This document shows, one piece after another, positions 58,808 through 64,000 of a stretch of 64,000 nucleotides of DNA. The DNA comes from Gnetum montanum (lineage: Eukaryota > Plantae > Gnetophyta). The notes under the pieces are model-generated. The model made no database searches, was not told where the DNA came from, and saw nothing but the letters and a program-made list of their open reading frames with translations. The translations under genes were made by a program, and so were the position numbers. The DNA lies in NCBI GenBank assembly GCA_015680685.1, contig MNCI01001933.1, positions 98,817 to 162,816 on the forward strand, written 5' to 3'. Position 1 is the first letter of the stretch, and the number at the start of each line of letters is the position of its first letter.

Positions 58808-61128
58808 CTAATTATAGAAAGCATAGTGGGTCATGTTAGATGATATGTGTACATTATGAGGGGAATTCGACCCACTATGACACCCTTGACTAGATGGCAA
58901 TATCCATGAATTTGTGTATCCCTTCACATTGGTGAATTCATTGGATCGTGTGGATGTTGGAGTGTGAGGTGGAGGCTTGGGTATAGTGATAAGGGTTGTT
59001 GATGGGGCTAAGGAAGATGTGGCACTAGGTTTTCCTTGGGCTAGTTTAGAAGGTGAAGTAGGTTTGGAAGTGTGATTCTTCTTCTTACGGTCATGCCTAA
59101 AGAAGTAACACTTTCCATGTTGGGGAGGGAACCTACTTTTGTTAATAGCAGTAGCACAAGTTACATTCGTTGGTTGGCATGGTGGTGCGGAACTATCCAA
59201 TGCATCTAATGGTAGTGTAGAAGGAGGTGAAGGATGAGAATACCAAGGGTGAGGAGAAGTATGGGGTGGTGACCCCTTAAGAGAAGACATGAGTTGATGG
59301 TGCTTGGACGAGTGATAATGGTGATTGGAAATAGAGGATTCAGAATTGGTTGGAGAAACAGGATGTTGAACATAGTAGACGTTTGGTTTTGGTAGATAGG
59401 GAGGATGTCGTTGGCTAGATGGTGGCCTTCCCCATGCTTGTGAGTTTTTCCATTGCGGTGGGGAAAAGTGTTGACGTTAGTAATAGCTCCCCTCAGGATA
59501 GTACAATGGATCATGGGGTTGTCCATAATTACCTTGTGAAACAGGGATGTGCCTAAATCAATACCTTTGTAGGAATTTTGGGTGCAGCCTCCCTACCCAA
59601 TGCTCATATAGATGTGACAAGATTGGGCAATGGCCCTTTGGATGATCATATAAACAAACATCACATCCATCCTTATTAGCTATAGTTGAGCCTTTGGCCT
59701 TGTTACCATTAGCCATTCTCCCCGGTTGCTGAATAATATCCTTAACTATTTTTGATTTCTATGTCTTCCATTTTTTTTATTTCCAGGTTTATTTTGGATG
59801 ATCCTCTCCTTGATAGTGTCTTCTAAGTTCACACTTTGTTCATTTGCCCATATGGTCATATTATTATGATTTTCCTCAATTTCATCTATCAATTTCTGTA
59901 TTGGCAAAGGTTGGGACTGTATCACCCTTTCAGAATCAGTTGTTTTCTTTTCATTGTGGCTTTGGACCCTTCTTGTTTCTAGAGGTGGGTCCCACTCAAA
60001 TGCTTTGGCATTCTCCCATTTAGATAATTCTCTCTCTTCTTTTGCTAGATGCTCTATTAGTTCTTTGACCTAGTGGCCTTTGAGCTTATATAGTTTTCCT
60101 TGGGCATACTTTCCAAGGTTCACCCTTGTTTCATTGCTAAGCCCATCTATAATGTGGAGTATTTGCTCTTTCTCGGAGAACCTATGACTTGGACATTTGT
60201 TTAGTAGGGAATAGTATCTATCTAAGGCCATGTCCAAGGGTTCTTATTGTTCTTGTTTCCATCTCTAGATTTGTCTCCTCAAGGCGGACACTTGTGCATA
60301 GGTCTGGTATCTTTTGATAAAAAGTTCTAACATGGTTGACCATCATCTAATTGAATTTGGTTCCAATGATCTATACCGCACTTTGACATTATTGATTAGT
60401 GTCCTAGGGAAGAGCTTAAGCTTTTGCCATTTACTGTCCACATTGTTGAGAACATAAGCATCATGGAAGGCCTATAAATGATGTTGCGGATTTGAATCAT
60501 AGCCTCTTGCAAATTTTGGAATATTATTTAGGTTGAGCTTAGGTAGTCGACTCTTCTTGCAATGCCTGTGAGATATCTTAATGGCCTCTGTGATGTGAAT
60601 TATACTTTTAAGGACTAATAGGGGTTTATCATTGTCAGACAAGTGGTGATTAAAATCTCTATTTGATTGATGGTGATGATGGGACTTGTACTCATGTTGA
60701 TGACCTTGAGTGTGTCCGTGGGTTTGATTTTTGCTTTTATTCTACCACTTTTGTGGAGCTCTATCTCTATTCCTACATTCATCTTCGTCAGAACTAGATG
60801 TTGAAGTTGAGGGGGAAGATGAAAAGGAGGAACTGGTAGGATAGCCATGGCTTCTATAATGTTCCTCATGGTTCCTTGGTTTATCATTTCTAAGTACCAA
60901 GGAGGTCTTAGGCCTTGAGTCCTCCCCTAGTTTAGGACTGATGTCATCTTCTTCAAGATTGTCTACCTTAGGTGAATGTAGTCTTTGAGTGTCGTTAGGA
61001 TGGCCATTGTCATGAAAAGTTCCTTCATAAGGTGGATCAGTCCAATTTTCTTCATTGTATAATTCATTAGTTCTCCAATGAATAGTTATGCTACATGGTT
61101 CATAATCATTTCCACATGAGTGAGACAT
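58808..61128 (-). pseudogene. gag: gag of copy 4, degenerate
   Basis: LNNIPKF..NPQHHL, WQKLKLFPRTL, C..C.YDHPKGHCPI, Pro-rich tail; homologous to type A gag. Confidence 0.85.
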
Positions 61129-61252
61129 TATTGTCGATTCATGGTGTGTGTTGAATACTTTTTGAAAAATATATCGTCAATACCCTTTCATAGTGATCTT
61201 GTGTAATACAACTAATCTAGATAACTAGCACCATCCCTGGCAATGATGCCAA

Positions 61253-62041
61253 TGATGAACGGCGAGGTACCCCTACGCTCAACCATACAAATATGAGCAT
61301 GTATGCATGATCTGGTTGAACTCCACGGATGGACTAGTTGTGGCACCTAGACAATTATACGTTGATTGCAGTTTGCTGTCTTCCCACCTAGACTAGTAGT
61401 AGCTTTATCACATATGGTTTAGCCGAGAGTGAGGCATATGATGTTGTCCTAATCTCTATGTTACATCTAATAAAATAAATAAACTGATTAAATTAATAAT
61501 AAGAGTAAAACCTAAATTATCCTATGGTGATAGTATCTGTCCTTAACCATCCATACACGTCTTGGACTTCATGGGATTATTGCTAGGCATGCCAAATATT
61601 CACACTCCACTTAATGATAGGAAAAGTAAATAACAATAAATTAACTGTTAATTAAAGAAGACATTAACTAATTAAAAAAATGAAATTAATCTAAGTGAAT
61701 GCTACAATGATGAAAGGAATCTCGATCTTTATTGCTGATCATGCACATTTCCAAGTAAGTCACACTTGAACAAAGATGTCATACAATTACAATCATCACA
61801 CTGTGGGCATGCAATAGGAATAACTAGCTTGGAAGAAAGAAACTAAAACTAAACTGCCAAAAGAAAAGAACTTCTAACTCCCTAATGATCTAATAATCCC
61901 CTTGCCGTGCGCTTGAGTGTTGTATTTATAGGCTAACATAGGAATCACTATATCATGTATACAATATTGTATCTAGGTCACGATATCGCATACCCAATAT
62001 CACGTACCCAATATCAGGGCCTGGAAAATCATGATTCATCA
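61253..62041 (-). repeat. 5' LTR of copy 4
   Basis: Adjacent to the Asp PBS; direct repeat of 52951-53759. Confidence 0.93.
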
Positions 62042-62849
62042 GTCTCACTCTCTAATTCTATCTCTTAGATGTTAGCTATGCAATTGGATGATCTCTCATT
62101 GAATGGTTGCTAGGTATTCATGCTTGTAAGCATTTGACATGTTTAGGAAAAAATGGCAATCTAAGGGTACAATAAAAATAAAAGGAAAAAAATAATTTCT
62201 AAAATTAAATCAAAATAATATTCTAACATGGACTAGTTCCCAATGCTAGCCTATAGGTACCTCTCTAAGGGTTCGGTAGGAGCTATGTCTAAGTCCAAAC
62301 TAACAATAATGTCTAAGGTCAAAAAATGTAATTAACGAAGAGACTAACATAAGACCCTCTAAAACATAAGCTAAAAAAAGTTAAAAACTAAAAAAATATA
62401 AAATGTTATCTACAAAAAATTACAAAGTAATCCAAACAAAGCATATCACAAACCAATGAGGTATCCCATGTGTCAATGACTCATCGAGTGCCTGATACCT
62501 ACCAACTTAAAACCTCAATAAAAGTGGTTAGTGTGCATATGATAAATTAAAGGAAAAATATAAAACACTAAAAAATTAAAATATTAAAAATACTAAAGAG
62601 AAATAAAAATAAAAATAAAACATTTAAATATATAATAAAAGAAAAGTTAATTAAAAAGGAAATAGTAAGGTACATAGCTCAAACCTCAAAAGCATAGTCA
62701 ACAAAACAAAAAGGGTTAATCAAACATAAGACATAGGCTAGTAAAAAAGATGTCAAGGGTTTAACTCACAAACATATCAAGGGATAAGAGGTGTCTAAGG
62801 TAGGGATATTATATTCTCCTCATCTTAAGAATCTTCCTCTTGGAAGATC

Positions 62850-64000
62850 TTAGGTTGTGGTATACAAATTTTTCTCCACTTCCCATGTTGTTTCTAAGCT
62901 TCATATCTTTCCAAAATAATCTCCACAATTGGAATAACCTTACTCATTCTTTTCTCTATTCTATTAACAATCTTAACTGATTGCTCTAAAAAATTGACAT
63001 GAGGTTGAAGTTGAACATCTTACTAATCTATCTTGTGACTTGGATTTGTAACATACTTCCTTAACATAGAAACATAAAACACATCATGAATTACTTGCAA
63101 TTATTATGAAAGTTTAGGCTAATAAGTAACTTCTTTAGTTTTTCTCAAAATTAGAAAGGAACCAATGTAGTGATAAGCTAACTTACCTCTTTAGACAAAT
63201 CTCATAATCCCTTTCAAAGGTAAGACCTTTAGGAAAAGGTGATCACCAATGTTAAACTCTAAAGGTCTTCTCTTATTGTTGGCATATTTAGTGTATTTGT
63301 CTTGAGCTACTTGTAATATGCCCATGACAATTTTAATATGTTCTATAGCATCATCAATGATGTTTGTCTTAGTCTCCTATCTATTCTCTATAGAATCCCA
63401 ACAAAGAGGTGTATGGTAAGGTCTATCATACAACACTTCATACAATGTTTGGTAAGGTCTACCATACAACACTTCATACAATGTTACTTTTATACTAGCC
63501 TACAAACTCTATGAATGGAAGAACTCTATCTCACATGTCTTGTAGTCCAAAGCATAGGTTTAAAGCATATTCTCTATAATTTGGTTCCTTCTTTCTTTTT
63601 AACCATCTATTTGAATATGATACATTGATCTAAGATTTAGTGTAGTATCCAAACTCTTCTAAAAAAACTATCAAAATATAAAAGTAAACTTAGAATCTTT
63701 GTTCGATACAATTTATTCCAAACTTCATGTAATCTAACAAGAACAACTAAGTAATCTGTTCTCCACTAGTTGTTACTTTTGTAGCTAAGAAGTAAGAAGA
63801 TTTGGTCAACAGATCCATGACCATAGGAATAGAATCTTTCTTGCTCTTAGTACAAGGTAATCAGTAATGAAGTCCATGCTAATGATCTTCCATTTTCACA
63901 TTAGAACGATGTGTGGATGAAGATAACCACAAGGTCTTTGATACTTTATCTTAATCTATTAATATATCAAACACTTAGTCATATACTCATGAACATTCCT
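62850..64000 (-). pseudogene. pol: Ty3/gypsy integrase remnant (Tekay-like)
   Basis: YQRPCGYLHP..KWKIISMDFI, DLLTKS, YEVLYG, RRPLEFNIGD, Y.GSF.I (GPY/F-like), HDVFYVSMLRKY. Confidence 0.85.

Larger units (their letters stand above)
52951..62041 (-). mobile_element. Complete non-autonomous Athila-like element copy 4 (type B: gag + large ORF2, no recognisable protease/RT/RH/INT), ~9.1 kb
   Basis: LTRs 52951-53759 and 61253-62041; TSD GTCTT/GTCTC; PBS TGGCATCATTGCCAGGGA at 61234-61251; PPT 53760-53772, same sequence as in copy 2. Confidence 0.93.
51300..64000 (-). mobile_element. Tekay/Del-like Ty3/gypsy element (integrase + 3' LTR), LTR interrupted by copy 4; left boundary approximate
   Basis: Minus-strand PPT AAGATGAGGAGAA, then LTR start T(A)TAATATCCC at 62813; the LTR should continue left of 52951 because the copy 4 TSD joins the two sides. 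Confidence 0.65.

Noticed and set aside
1-64000. CRISPR arrays, rRNA, intact tRNA genes or prokaryotic operons
   Set aside because: No repeat-spacer array or structural RNA gene was seen; the PBS motifs are only 11-18-nt tRNA complements; the sequence is intron-containing plant DNA.

Overview
Eukaryotic (land-plant) genomic DNA, AT-rich and dominated by retroelements. It contains one intact host gene: a 7-exon EEF1A lysine methyltransferase 2 / EFM4 (METTL10-like) homologue on + (CDS 28949-37728, 355 aa). Its 5.6-kb intron 5 carries LINE/RTE/SINE debris. The flanks are nested LTR retrotransposons. Five belong to one Athila-like Ty3/gypsy group (TGATG..CATCA LTRs, tRNA-Asp PBS, AGTCATGGGGGTA PPT), and none shows RT/RNaseH/integrase in the visible sequence. 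This group comes in two architectures: gag+protease only (type A: 1-2703 partial, 2977-9952, 20221-26999) and gag plus a ~920-codon accessory ORF2 (type B: 52951-62041, with an older partial relative at 2704-11977). Also present are the 3' end of a Sirevirus-like copia element (11978-15334), a decayed Tnt1/Tork-like copia lacking the integrase core (16587-~27516), a LARD-like chromovirus derivative (44354-51084), a Tekay-like integrase and LTR (to 64000), and a Myb/SANT remnant that is probably PIF/Harbinger-derived. The most notable signals are the pol-less two-architecture family, the protein-level conservation of its ORF2, and an internal copy of the LTR palindrome+TATA cassette just upstream of ORF2. 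Family names come from recalled motifs and identity values are by-eye estimates; no searches were run.
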